From positions 4,352,001 to 4,416,000 of the forward strand of contig OZ251518.1 of the NCBI GenBank assembly GCA_965242965.1: a stretch of 64,000 nucleotides of DNA, read 5' to 3'. The stretch comes from Candidatus Poribacteria bacterium (GTDB taxonomy: Bacteria; Poribacteria; WGA-4E; WGA-3G). Both the position numbers and the translations under genes were made by a program. The notes below the pieces were generated by a model. That model did no database searches and had not been told where the DNA came from. It saw nothing but the letters and a program-made list of their open reading frames with translations. Below are positions 20,062 to 30,988 of the stretch, in pieces (within the stretch, counting starts at the first letter, position 1; each line of letters begins with the position of its first letter).

Positions 20062-21819
20062 ATGAACACTGCAACCCGACAAAAATTCAGTGACGAAGAA
20101 CTCCGCCGCCAACTGCGCCTCGGCGAGGACAGTTATTGGGAATTTAAGCAGATTGAATTCGCTGGTAATGTTCCCAAGAGTCCTCGTCGCGATGACCTCG
20201 CAGACGAATTCGCCGCCTTCGCGAATGCAGATGGCGGTGTAGTGCTGTGCGGCGTGAAAAACAGCGGCGAGGTGCAAGGCATGTCGCGCGCACAGATGGA
20301 CGCACTTGAACGGATCTTGGTGGAGCTCTGCACCGATTCCATTAAACCGCCGATTCGTCCCACTATTCTTCGCAGAGAAGTAGAGGAAGGACAACCGTTC
20401 CTCCTCGTTGAAATCCCGCAAGGCTCTGATGTGCACGAAAGCCCAGGGGGCAGCTATCTCCGCGTCGGAAGCTCAAAGAACAAGATGACGAACGATGAAC
20501 GGCTACGCTTGGCTCAGCGGCGTGGACAAGCGCGCTTCCTCTGGTTTGATAAACAGCCTGTCCCAGAAACCGGCTTCGGCACTTTAGATGAAGCACTTTG
20601 GAAACCGCTGTTAAGCACGGAAGGGGCTATCAACCCCGAAGCGGCACTAGAGAAAATGGGACTTCTCACTCGCGACGAAAACGGGACAACGCGAGCCACA
20701 GTCGCCGGAGTCCTTTTCTGCAGCCGCACCCCGGAGCAGTGGCTACCAAACGCTTGCATCACCGCCAACTATTATCATGGCGAAGAGCGCGCCTCTGGAC
20801 AGATCGATACGCAGACAATTACCGGACCGCTGAACGAACAAATAGAGAATGCCCTCGCCTTTTCTATCAGAAATATGCGCGTTGGTGCATACAAAAGCCC
20901 GGCTCGCACCGACTTGCCGCAATATAGCGAAGCTGCACTCTTTGAAGCCATCGTCAACGCTGTCGCCCACCGTGATTATTCCATTCACGGCAGCCGCATT
21001 CGCCTTTCAATGTTCGCGGAACGCATTGAAATCAATTCGCCCGGCGGCTTGCCGAATAACTTGACACTTGATAGCATGGGATTGCGTCAATCAACGCGCA
21101 ACGAAACCATCGCATCGGTGCTCGGCCGAATACCTGTCAGGAATGTCCGAGGAGCCGGTGACCGGCAGTTCTTCATGGAGCGGCGCGGGGATGGAGTGCC
21201 AACTATCCGACGTGAAACACAGGCATTGAGCGGGAAACTACCGGAGTACCAACTCATTGATGACGCTGAACTCTCCCTTAAAATTCCCGCCGCCGCCACG
21301 GAGCCGACACCGGCCACTGCCGTTATCTGGGCTCGCCACGCAGGCACGCCGATACCGAAGGTGGAATTGTTAGCACTGTTTCCGAATGAGACATCGCAGT
21401 ACGTCGCCACGGACTATGCTGGCAAGGCGCGCGTTGAGCTGCACTCCACGCATTTTCCGATGATAGTATTTGCGGCCGCGCCGGGCTTCGCCGCGCATGT
21501 TGAACTCGATTGGGTGCCGGCGCAAGGCGCGCTTGCAATTGAAATGCAAAAATTGTCCGATGGCGGCTCGGTTATCTTTCCTGAAGCAACAGGCAGTCTT
21601 CCCGGTTTGAGAGGCCATTTGAATCCGATTCTCGATGCGCACGAACGCACCTATCTCTATGCATCTAACATTGCTATCAACGAGGGACAACCGCAACCTG
21701 TCCATTTCATTCCCGGTGAAGAGTTGCGCCTCACCGATGCCTATGGAAAAGAATTGATGGCGCGCATCGTCGCAATTACCGGCAGATCTGCATTAGTGGA
21801 ATATCGTCAGATTCAGTAA
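20062..21819 (+). CDS. Schlafen/AlbA_2 domain plus HATPase_c_4 (RecG C-terminal-like) protein with extra C-terminal domain
   Basis: GEDSYWEFK, AFANADGG, EAIVNAVAHRDY, NSPGGL, MERRGDG. Confidence 0.85.
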   Translation: MNTATRQKFSDEELRRQLRLGEDSYWEFKQIEFAGNVPKSPRRDDLADEFAAFANADGGVVLCGVKNSGEVQGMSRAQMDALERILVELCTDSIKPPIRPTILRREVEEGQPFLLVEIPQGSDVHESPGGSYLRVGSSKNKMTNDERLRLAQRRGQARFLWFDKQPVPETGFGTLDEALWKPLLSTEGAINPEAALEKMGLLTRDENGTTRATVAGVLFCSRTPEQWLPNACITANYYHGEERASGQIDTQTITGPLNEQIENALAFSIRNMRVGAYKSPARTDLPQYSEAALFEAIVNAVAHRDYSIHGSRIRLSMFAERIEINSPGGLPNNLTLDSMGLRQSTRNETIASVLGRIPVRNVRGAGDRQFFMERRGDGVPTIRRETQALSGKLPEYQLIDDAELSLKIPAAATEPTPATAVIWARHAGTPIPKVELLALFPNETSQYVATDYAGKARVELHSTHFPMIVFAAAPGFAAHVELDWVPAQGALAIEMQKLSDGGSVIFPEATGSLPGLRGHLNPILDAHERTYLYASNIAINEGQPQPVHFIPGEELRLTDAYGKELMARIVAITGRSALVEYRQIQ

Positions 21820-21964
21820 TTATGGCAATTCCCGTTCGTCGTGCCCTGTTAGAGAAAACAAGGTTTGCAGTAAAAACCTTGCGCGAAACGGTTGAAAGAT
21901 GGTAAACTAAAAGAAGATTTTGATGACACCGAGCAATTCAGCATAAAAAAAGGAGACACGGAAA

Positions 21965-22732
21965 ATGATTTCCCAAACAGACATTCAAGCAACTTGCGAT
22001 GACATCGTTCGCGAATTCGCACCGCTCCAAATTATCCTCTTCGGTTCCTATGCCTACGGCACACCGACAGATCACTCCGATGTCGATCTACTGGTAGTCA
22101 TGCCGATTCCCCAATCGGAAACGCGACAGCAGGAATTGGAGATTCAGCGACGAATACCACGCCGCTTCCGCATGGATTTACACGTTCGCTCACCGGCGGA
22201 GATTGCCTATCGCGTCTCATATAACGATTGGTTTCTGCGCGAAATCCTCGAAAAAGGAGATGTGCTTTATGAAGTCAGTGCCTCCCGCACGGATTTCTTG
22301 AAAATAACGCCGGAAATAAACCAATTGCCCGATAAGGAAACGGGATTCGTGAATCCACTGACACTTGAATATATCGAGAAGGCGGAAGGCGATTATGCTG
22401 ACGCAAAGTGGCTGCAGCAAGCACCGAAACCGAACTATGACAACATTTGCTTCCACGCGCAACAGGCGATAGAAAAGTATCTCAAGGCGTGGTTGCAAGA
22501 GACAAACCGCCCGGTACCGAGTACGCACAATTTGGTGGAGCTGCTTGATTTGATTGTGCCAGTCCTTCCCGCGTGGAACAGATGGCGCGACGACTTTTCA
22601 CTGTTTACCAAACATGCCGTGGATTCTCGCTATCCCGGCCATTTCGCGACTGCGGCTGACGCGGCGAACGCTATGCGCATCTGCACCGAAGTCTGTCAGG
22701 CAATTCGTGCGATACTGATGCCGATGCCATAA
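21965..22732 (+). CDS. Fused minimal nucleotidyltransferase (MNT)-HEPN protein
   Basis: LFGSYAYG...SDVDLLV, then CFHAQQAIEKYLKA, THNL, SRYPG. Confidence 0.85.
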   Translation: MISQTDIQATCDDIVREFAPLQIILFGSYAYGTPTDHSDVDLLVVMPIPQSETRQQELEIQRRIPRRFRMDLHVRSPAEIAYRVSYNDWFLREILEKGDVLYEVSASRTDFLKITPEINQLPDKETGFVNPLTLEYIEKAEGDYADAKWLQQAPKPNYDNICFHAQQAIEKYLKAWLQETNRPVPSTHNLVELLDLIVPVLPAWNRWRDDFSLFTKHAVDSRYPGHFATAADAANAMRICTEVCQAIRAILMPMP

Positions 22733-22744
22733 TTTTCGAGGAAC

Positions 22745-23222
22745 GTAGCGCGGGGGCCTGTCCCCCGCGATCGTTGTCCGTACTCTGTAGGGCAAGATCG
22801 CCTGATCTTGCCGTTCGGGAGCAGGTGCTCCCGAACTACGGTCTTTTATAGGATCCGGGCACGGCGAGGGACAGGCCCTCGCCCTACGGTAATATGGAGC
22901 GTTTTTTTTCACCGTAGCGCGGGGGCCTGTCCCCCGCGATCGTTGTCCGTACTCTGTAGGGCAAGATCGCCTGATCTTGCCGTTCGGGAGCAGGTGCTCC
23001 CGAACTACGGTCTTTTATAGGATCCGGGCACGGCGAGGGACAGGCCCTCGCCCTACGGTAATATGGAGCATTTTTCCCGTAGCGCGGGGGCCTGTCCCCC
23101 GCGATCGCCCGACCCGCGCGAAAAACGCCCACCGACCAAGGCCATTTCCTTCCCGATCTAGGCACGGCGAGGGAAACCCGCTCGGATGCGCGTGTGGCAT
23201 CCGAGGGCCCAAGCCCTACGGT
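22745..23222. repeat. REP array containing a ~168-bp tandem duplication
   Basis: Block GTAGCGCGG...GTAATATGGAGC occurs twice. Confidence 0.85.
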
Positions 23223-23299
23223 AAAACGTGACGGTTTGGAAAACTCTCAAACCACAGAACTAGAATAACTAAATCGTCATGAAAAAAACAACTCATATC

Positions 23300-23328
23300 T
23301 TGACAAAAATGCAGAAATCATATAAAAT
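23300..23328 (+). promoter_or_regulatory. sigma70-like promoter
   Basis: TTGACA-17 bp-TAAAAT. Confidence 0.6.
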
Positions 23329-23417
23329 AAACACAGGTTTTCCACAAACCTTATCGTAATTTTTTAATTCTCAGGACTTACGCAAACTCACGTTGCGTTA
23401 ACACGAAAGGAAGAAAA

Positions 23418-23768
23418 ATGTTAGCTGAAATACGTCAAAGAGAAGGTATCATTGTCATTCGGCCCACCGGACGCATGATCGGTGCGGCAAACGCAGAACT
23501 CCGACAGCAGATTAGCGAGGAACTAGAGGAACACTTTGAAGCACCCAAGGTCCTCTTTAACTTGGAGGCGGTCACGCGGATGGATAGTAGCGGGCTCGGC
23601 ACGCTTGTCTCCGCGCATGTCACCACCTCCCGAAAAGGTGGCCGCACCGCACTTGTCAACGCCGGCGCGCACATCAGAAACCTCCTCGTCCTCGGACGGC
23701 TGATGACTGTGTTCGAGACCTACGATACTGAAGATGAAGCCATCGTCGCGATGACTGCGGATAACTAA
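23418..23768 (+). CDS. STAS-domain anti-sigma factor antagonist
   Basis: MDSSGLGTLV phosphoserine motif. Confidence 0.9.
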   Translation: MLAEIRQREGIIVIRPTGRMIGAANAELRQQISEELEEHFEAPKVLFNLEAVTRMDSSGLGTLVSAHVTTSRKGGRTALVNAGAHIRNLLVLGRLMTVFETYDTEDEAIVAMTADN

Positions 23769-24226
23769 GAAACCGGGAAACCCCGGATTGACTCGGGTTG
23801 TCGCGAACACGCGTTCGCGACAACCCGCGCCTCTAAATCGTGGTAGGCGAGGGACAAGAGCCCTTACCCTACCACGATCGCGGGGGACAGGCCCCCGCGC
23901 TACGGGAAAAAACGGCCCGGGTTACCGTAGGGCGAGGGCCTGTCCCTCGCCATGCCCCGGTAGGCAGGACATCCCTGTCCCGATAGGTTCAACATTGACA
24001 CCGGGAACGCTCTCCTACGCGGAGGGGGAATCGAGACCAGGAGGTCTCTCCTACCGGAGAGCATCGAGACCAGGAGGTCTCTCCTACCGGGGAAAGTCGA
24101 GACCGGGAGGTCTCTCCTACCGGGGCATCGGGTCCTCCCCTCTCTGTAGTTTGCGATCGCCTGATCGCAAACAGAGCATCAAGACCTGGAGGGCTCTCCT
24201 ACCGGGGAGAATGGAAAAGGAGATTT

Positions 24227-25396
24227 ATGGCACATCAGCATAGCCTGACACTCACCGTGAACGCGGGCTACCACAACAGGGATGGATGCCCCGTTATCGT
24301 CACTGGCAGCCATCCCGGCATCAGCCGATTCGCAAACCGCGAGGTTATCTTAACCGATATAGAGAGCGGCGATGTCATCGCGGCGCAGTGCAATGCCACT
24401 GATAACGGCAAAGAGACGACTTTGGCATGGATCCTTGATAACCTCGCCGCCGGCACCTCGCGGACTTACACCCTCACGGAGGGAACCGTCGCGGACGATA
24501 CCGGCGTTCAACTCAACGACGAAGCGGAGACGATCGGTGTTACGCTGAACGGGCGGCCGTTCACAACGTTCCGCTACGGCAAATCGCAGTTTCGTCCTTA
24601 CTTCTTCCCAGTGTTAGGACCGGAAGGACGCGAAGTGACGCGCGGCGAAACGAGCGACATCTCGAAGGACCACGTGCATCACCGCTCCCTCTATGTCGCA
24701 TACGGCGAAGTTAACGACGTAGATCTCTGGGGCGAAGGGAGCAACTCAGGCAGGGTTGTCCATCAAGGTTTCACCGAGAAGCACGGCGGTGCTGTCGTCG
24801 GCAGGATTTACACCGACAACACTTGGGAGACGCGCGATGGCGACATCCTGATGGCAGACACGCAACACTTCCGCATCTACAATCTGCCGGAAGACGCAGC
24901 CCTCATCGATCTGGATTTAACCTTCATCGCCTCTGTCGGAGATGTCCACTTCGGCGATACGAAAGAGGGCGGCATCATGTCGATCCGCGTGCATCCCTCA
25001 ATGAACGCCGCCGATGGCGGGAAGATAGAGAACGCGTTCGGTGGTATCAATGAAGGTGAGACGTGGGGCAAGCGCGCCCATTGGTGCGATTATTCCGGCG
25101 TAGTTGCTGGCATACCTGTCGGCATCGCAGTGTTTGACCATCTCGTTAACCCGCGGTATCCCACCTACTGGCATGTCCGAAACTACGGGCTGATGGGGAG
25201 CAACATCTTTGGCGGCGGCACTTTTGAAGGTGACAAATCCAAAGACGGCTCCTATACGCTCAAAAAAGGGGAGGAGATGCACTTTCGTTTCCGCGTGCTG
25301 ATTCATGCAGGGGATGCAACCGTCGGCAGAGTGGGACAGAAGTATCACGATTTTATCAATCCACCAGCGGTTGAAGTTACCGGCCCCAGCGCGTAG
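24227..25396 (+). CDS. PmoA-like (PF14100-type) beta-sandwich protein
   Basis: RPYFFPV, DHVHHRSL, GDTKEGG, WHVRNYG. Confidence 0.75.
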   Translation: MAHQHSLTLTVNAGYHNRDGCPVIVTGSHPGISRFANREVILTDIESGDVIAAQCNATDNGKETTLAWILDNLAAGTSRTYTLTEGTVADDTGVQLNDEAETIGVTLNGRPFTTFRYGKSQFRPYFFPVLGPEGREVTRGETSDISKDHVHHRSLYVAYGEVNDVDLWGEGSNSGRVVHQGFTEKHGGAVVGRIYTDNTWETRDGDILMADTQHFRIYNLPEDAALIDLDLTFIASVGDVHFGDTKEGGIMSIRVHPSMNAADGGKIENAFGGINEGETWGKRAHWCDYSGVVAGIPVGIAVFDHLVNPRYPTYWHVRNYGLMGSNIFGGGTFEGDKSKDGSYTLKKGEEMHFRFRVLIHAGDATVGRVGQKYHDFINPPAVEVTGPSA

Positions 25397-25547
25397 GCAA
25401 CGCTCGCGGGGGCCTGTCCCCCGCGCTACGGTGAAAAAAAACGCCCCGGGTTACCGTAGGGCGAGGGCCTGTCCCTCGCCATGCAACGGTTTTCCGCGTA
25501 GGGCTTGGGCCCTCGCCATGCCTCAATCAATCAAAGGAGATTCAAAC

Positions 25548-26621
25548 ATGTCTATCCGCACTATCCACGTTGGATGCACCCACTTTGCGCACGGCCGCTT
25601 GCAGGCACAGATTAACGCAACTGGCTTAGAACCAGTCGCGTGTGTCGACATCGATCTTGAGGCGGCGCGCGCGGGCGTTGCCAACCTTCAAGGCGATGTC
25701 CCCGAACACCTCGCCGAACGTATCTATACGACGATAACGGAAGCGAAAGAGAAGCACGACGCGCAAGCATGCCTTATCTACGCCTCAACAACGGCGCACG
25801 CCAAACTCATCATTGAGAGCCTGAACCTCGGCATGCACACCCTCTGCGTCAAGCCGATTGCGACGACGCAGGCGGAGTTCCGCGAGATTATTCAGGCGTA
25901 TCAGGCGAACCCGGGGCTCATGCTCGTGCAGGGACAGAACAAACGGTGGAACCCCGCCGCAGCGAAAATGCGCGAATGGCTCCGTGAAGAAAACGGCATC
26001 GGCGAAATGTTAGCAGGCGAATGCAGATTCTGGATACGCCAGAATCTGTTCACCGGGCCCGACTCCCGACAACCCGATGCATACGTCGATGGGCTCTTCT
26101 TCCACGCCGGCACGAGTCACCAGTTGGACCAGCTCGTCGCCGCGAAGGGATTGCCGAAGTATGTCACGGCGCACATCCATAATCGTCGAGACCCGGCACT
26201 CGGACAAATTGAGGCTTGGGGAACCGCGGGCGGCAACGCGCTCATGGAATATGCCAACGGCGCATCGTTCTCTTACGCCGGCACGCGCGCAGGACATACC
26301 TCTCCCTTCGGCTGGAGTGGACATTGGACATTCCACGGCGAAAACGGTGATCTGCGCCGAGATGCAGGACACCTACAACTCTTCCGAACGGGAACATGCG
26401 TTGAAGACGTAACTCTGCAGGACCTGCACGCCGGGCTCATTGAGGATGACAGGCTGCAATTTGACGCATTCGCCGATGCGATTACCAACGGCATTGACAG
26501 GGAATGGATGCAGGAGACAACCCTCGGCACTTGGGTGCTGATGGAGGCATGCAACGAATCGGCGCGAACGCATGCGCGCGTTGATGTGGAAGCATTCGCC
26601 GCGAAGATGCTTGGCAATTGA
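25548..26621 (+). CDS. Gfo/Idh/MocA family oxidoreductase
   Basis: GMHTLCVKP, GQNKRW; AAGGAG RBS before ATG 25548. Confidence 0.75.
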   Translation: MSIRTIHVGCTHFAHGRLQAQINATGLEPVACVDIDLEAARAGVANLQGDVPEHLAERIYTTITEAKEKHDAQACLIYASTTAHAKLIIESLNLGMHTLCVKPIATTQAEFREIIQAYQANPGLMLVQGQNKRWNPAAAKMREWLREENGIGEMLAGECRFWIRQNLFTGPDSRQPDAYVDGLFFHAGTSHQLDQLVAAKGLPKYVTAHIHNRRDPALGQIEAWGTAGGNALMEYANGASFSYAGTRAGHTSPFGWSGHWTFHGENGDLRRDAGHLQLFRTGTCVEDVTLQDLHAGLIEDDRLQFDAFADAITNGIDREWMQETTLGTWVLMEACNESARTHARVDVEAFAAKMLGN

Positions 26622-26687
26622 AGGCTTACCCAAATTTTCGTAGGTTCTCTCTTCAGGTCTGTAGGACTTTCAAGCACCGTTTTTTTT

Positions 26688-27185
26688 TCGTAGCGCGGGG
26701 GCCTGTCCCCCGCGATGGCTCAAGCACCGTTTTTTTTCGTAGCGCGGGGGCCTGTCCCCCGCGATCGTTGGAGTACGCGTGCATGAACAATGGCGAGGGA
26801 CAGGCGTTTTTCCAGTGTGTTTCCCCTTCTGTAGTTTGTGATCGCCTGATCACAAACAGGTCAGGATCAGGCGATCCTGACCTACAGGTGTGATGCGGTT
26901 TGATAGCCAAACGCATGGCGAGGGACAGGCCCGCGCCCTACGATGAAAGGGAACTTTTCTCCGCCCGTAGCGCGGGGGCCTGTCCCCCGTGATCGTTGGA
27001 GTGCGCGGACGATGGCGAGGGAAACCCGCTCGCATGCGCGTGTGGCATGCGAGGGCCCAAGCCCTACGATGAAAGGGGCCCTATTGCATCGAGACCGGGA
27101 GGTCTCTCCTACGGGAGCATCGCTTCGGGTAGGCGGGACATCCTTGTCCCGATACGCACATCGAGACCGGGAGGTCTCTCCTACG
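26688..27185. repeat. REP array
   Basis: Several GTAG palindrome classes. Confidence 0.8.
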
Positions 27186-27272
27186 GGAACATCGCTGGCA
27201 TCGAGAAAAACCGCCTAATCCAGAACGTAAGGACAGATTTCTATAATTATCCACATGCAACGGAGAACAGAC

Positions 27273-28910
27273 ATGCAATCTCCACACGGAATCACAGCAT
27301 CAGCGTTTCGCCCATCCGTGATGGGTAGAAACGGGATGGTTACCTCCGGCCACGCGCTCGCCTCGCAGGCCGGGATTCAGACGATGATGGCAGGCGGCAA
27401 CGCCGTCGATGCCGCCATCGCAACCGCCGCCGCGCTCGGCGTAGTTGAACCCGCCGGCTCCGGTGTCGGCGGCGATGGGTTTATCCTCATCTATTGGGCG
27501 AAAACCGGACAAGTCGCCGCGGTGAATGCTACGGGGCCCGCGCCGCGCGCCGCCACTCGCGAAACCTATCTCAAAACCGGCGGCATTCCGATGAAAGGCA
27601 TGCGAAGCGTCTCGGTGCCGGGACTCGTTGATGGCTGGCTCCTCGCGCACGAACGTTACGGGAAACTCTCCTTGGCCAAGGCCTTTGAACCGGCGGTATC
27701 CCTCTGTGAGGACGGGTTTCCGATCAGTTATCGGCTTGCCAACGGCCTCCGCGGCGAACTCGCGCGTTTCGCCGCCGAACCGGACAGCCGCGCCATCTTC
27801 ACAGACGACGGTGAACCACTCGCCCCCGGCGAACTGCTCTATAACAAGAATCTCGGCGCAACGCTGCGGAAAATCGCGAAGGCGGGACGCGAGGTGTTCT
27901 ATGAAGGCGAAATCGCCAAAGCCATCGGCGAATTTAGCCAGAACCACTACGGACTGCTCACCGCCGATGACCTGGGGGATTACCACGCGCATTGGGCAGA
28001 ACCGATTCACGTCAACTACCGCGGCTATGAAGTCTACGAGATGCCGCCCAATTCTAGCGGACACATCCTGCTGCAAGAGTTGAACATCGTTGAGTTGTTT
28101 GACATGCAAGAACTCGGATGCAACACCGCTGAAAGCGTGCATCTGATGGTGGAAGCGAAAAAACTCGCCTTCGCCGACCGGGAGAAATACATGGCTGACC
28201 CGGGCTGGGTGGACATTCCGTTGGAAGGTATGTTGTCTAAAACTTATGCCGCCGAACAGGCTGAACGCATCGAACGAGGCACCGCGGCCGTTGATGTCCC
28301 CGCCGGCGCACCGGAGGCACACGAAGATACTACCTGCTTCTGCACAGCGGACAGGGAGGGAAACCTCGTCTGTGTGCTACAGAGCATTCAATCCGGGTTC
28401 GGTTCTAGCCTCGTCGCCGGTGATACCGGTATCCTGCTGAACAACCGTATGACCTATTGGCATTTGGAGGAGGGGCATCCGAACTGCCTGATGCCGGGCA
28501 AGCGTGTCCGCCACACGATGAATCCTGTCATCGTTACAAAAGATGGGAAGCCGTTGATAGCATGCGGCACGCCGGGCGCGGATACACAGGTGCAAACGAA
28601 TCTGCAACTCGTGACGCATATCCTTGATTTCGGAATGACACCCCAAGAGGCAGTCTCCGCACCGCGCTGGCGCAGTTTGCAGAACCCGATGGAATCGACA
28701 ATCCCGCACGTCTGCTCTAACGCTCTTCAGTTAGAGGGCAGATTTCCTGTCGAAGTGCAGGAGAGTTTAGCAGGCAAAGGACATGAACTCCAGATACTTA
28801 ACGATTGGGGCGGTCCCGGCAGTGCGCAGGTTATCATGGTTCACCCGCAATCTGGTGCGCTCATCGGCGGCTCCGATCCGAGGACTGATGGATATGCCAT
28901 CAGTTTTTAA
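27273..28910 (+). CDS. ggt: Gamma-glutamyltransferase
   Basis: GGNAVDAA, SVPG, EDTTCF autoprocessing site, GTPGA, GSDPRTDG. Confidence 0.93.
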   Translation: MQSPHGITASAFRPSVMGRNGMVTSGHALASQAGIQTMMAGGNAVDAAIATAAALGVVEPAGSGVGGDGFILIYWAKTGQVAAVNATGPAPRAATRETYLKTGGIPMKGMRSVSVPGLVDGWLLAHERYGKLSLAKAFEPAVSLCEDGFPISYRLANGLRGELARFAAEPDSRAIFTDDGEPLAPGELLYNKNLGATLRKIAKAGREVFYEGEIAKAIGEFSQNHYGLLTADDLGDYHAHWAEPIHVNYRGYEVYEMPPNSSGHILLQELNIVELFDMQELGCNTAESVHLMVEAKKLAFADREKYMADPGWVDIPLEGMLSKTYAAEQAERIERGTAAVDVPAGAPEAHEDTTCFCTADREGNLVCVLQSIQSGFGSSLVAGDTGILLNNRMTYWHLEEGHPNCLMPGKRVRHTMNPVIVTKDGKPLIACGTPGADTQVQTNLQLVTHILDFGMTPQEAVSAPRWRSLQNPMESTIPHVCSNALQLEGRFPVEVQESLAGKGHELQILNDWGGPGSAQVIMVHPQSGALIGGSDPRTDGYAISF

Positions 28911-28993
28911 TCCATCGCAACGGTGAATTTCCATATCGCTCAGATTGCATCGGCAGATTGCTATATCTGTTCGGTTTGTAAAAAGGAAACATC

Positions 28994-29212
28994 ATGCAAG
29001 CGTTCAAAATTATCGTTGAAAAACACGCCGATGGGTATATCGGCTATCCGCTTGGGCTGAAAGGCACTGTCATCGGACAGGGGGACACCTTCAAGGAAAC
29101 TGTCGATGACGTAACCTCCGCTATCCAAGTCTATCTTGAGAACTTCGGGCCAGAAGAACTTGAGGTAGAAGAACCTGCCTTGGACGTGTTCATCGCGGAA
29201 GTGACAGTCTGA
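28994..29212 (+). CDS. HicB-like antitoxin (short form)
   Basis: PLGLKGTVIGQGDTFKE...AIQVYLE pattern. Confidence 0.7.
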   Translation: MQAFKIIVEKHADGYIGYPLGLKGTVIGQGDTFKETVDDVTSAIQVYLENFGPEELEVEEPALDVFIAEVTV

Positions 29213-29526
29213 TGTGACTGCCTGATAGCGCGTTTTCCGTTCCGAGAATTGATGGATACACCACCAATTTTTAAATGTAAGTTCAGGAATTCAAGACGAC
29301 ATTTCTCAGCAAGATGACTGCCTCATAAACGGGTGCTTCTTCAAGGTCTGTAAGACCTTAATGTCTATAGCACCCAGAACGCCAAAAGCCCTAAGGTCCG
29401 TAGGACCTTAATGTGTTCTCACGTTATGCATGTCTTTTCCTAGCAAATCTTGAGAGGGGCAAACACGTTTTTCTACAGACATGTTTTTTACTTGTCTTTT
29501 GCTTCCAAATGTCGTATAATTAGTAT

Positions 29527-29824
29527 GAGGGTGTTTCATAACTCCGTTTCGGTATTTATCCGCCTTGGGGAGCGGGCGAATACCGAAAGGCATCGGACCC
29601 ATCTCTGTAGTTCGGGTTCGCCTGCACCCGAACGGGTCAGGATCAGGCGATCCTGACCTACAGGGATAATGCAGTCTGACAGCAGAACGCATGGCGAGGG
29701 GAACCCGCTCGCCTGCGCGTGGGGAAACCTGCGCGGGCCCTCGCCCTAGGTGAATGGGCGGCGTTTTTTTCACCGTAGCGCGGGGCCTGTCCCCGCGACG
29801 TTGAGCGATTTATGAAACACTCTC
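29527..29824. mobile_element. MITE-like element carrying REP palindromes
   Basis: TIRs GAGGGTGTTTCATA / TATGAAACACTCTC; perfect 9-bp TSD AATTAGTAT. Confidence 0.88.
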
Positions 29825-29881
29825 AATTAGTATCGTAAGGACAGCGGACGAACCTCCTGTCCATCACAAGGGAGATTTATC

Positions 29882-30613
29882 ATGACAAAAATTTTCACGG
29901 CAGTAATTGTCGTTATGTTAGTCGTGGGGATTGCGCCCATGACTGATGCAGATCCTGACGCACCCAATGCACAGAGCGAGCAGCACGAACACAACCCGGA
30001 ATCGCCAGATAACCGTCCGCAGGCAGCACCGCAGACAACATCACGAGGAAACATCGGCGACGTGATACTTACCATAATCTGGAGGACAATCAGTACCATA
30101 ATCGGGGGTCTCTTCTGTGGCTTCTTGCTCTACAAAGGGTACCAATGGATGGATGAGATGCGATACCACCCGAAAAATTCCTCATGGCAAAAAACGCCAT
30201 CGGGAGTCTGGTATTCTAACGCCATATGGCAATTCGATCCTGACGATGGCAAGCGTTGGCTAAAAATTTTTGGAATAGACAAAATAGTCCAAAAAGCGAT
30301 TAGCGGGCGGAGATTATCTCCTGAGGAAGAGATTGAATCTCATACACCAAAAGAGATTCGTCTACCTCCAATAACAGTAGATGTCCCTATTTCTTTCGTG
30401 CCAACGCTATTTGAGGTAGTAAATCGGACTCTATACGTCAGGGACGAAAAATTGTCAGATTTGCCACCTCAAATACGTGAATTAACAGATGAATGGCAAG
30501 TTATGCCATTGGAAACTTACAACAGTCCAGAAGGGTATATCCGATACGAGGTTGTGCTAACCCATGCAATCAACGAAGATGTCTGGAGGCAATACAGGGA
30601 TTCTAACCCATGA
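29882..30613 (+). CDS. Hypothetical exported/membrane protein
   Basis: GGGAG RBS, signal peptide, second hydrophobic helix. Confidence 0.6.
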   Translation: MTKIFTAVIVVMLVVGIAPMTDADPDAPNAQSEQHEHNPESPDNRPQAAPQTTSRGNIGDVILTIIWRTISTIIGGLFCGFLLYKGYQWMDEMRYHPKNSSWQKTPSGVWYSNAIWQFDPDDGKRWLKIFGIDKIVQKAISGRRLSPEEEIESHTPKEIRLPPITVDVPISFVPTLFEVVNRTLYVRDEKLSDLPPQIRELTDEWQVMPLETYNSPEGYIRYEVVLTHAINEDVWRQYRDSNP

Positions 30614-30988
30614 TAAGGCATGCACGCCGCTATGGAGCGGGAGTGCAAGCCTTATATCAAGGATGAGCGGAATCTGATGTTGGTTAAAGTCGGTAGACGA
30701 GAGGCGAAAAACCCTACTGGCATTTCCAGTTTGGATTAACCTTCCACGATAATGCAACCGAAATTTCGGCATCGCGAGGGACAGGCCCTCGCCCTACGAG
30801 TTGGGAGAAGACTGCGCTTGGCTTGGCGAGGGACAAGCCTCGCACTACAGTCACTGTAGTTCGGGAGCACCCGCTCCCGAACAGTTCAGGATCAGGCGAT
30901 CCTGAACTACAGGGATGATGCAGTCTGGCAGCCAAACGCATGGCGAGGGACAGGCCCTCGCCCTACGGGAACCGAAAAGGAGACAAAA

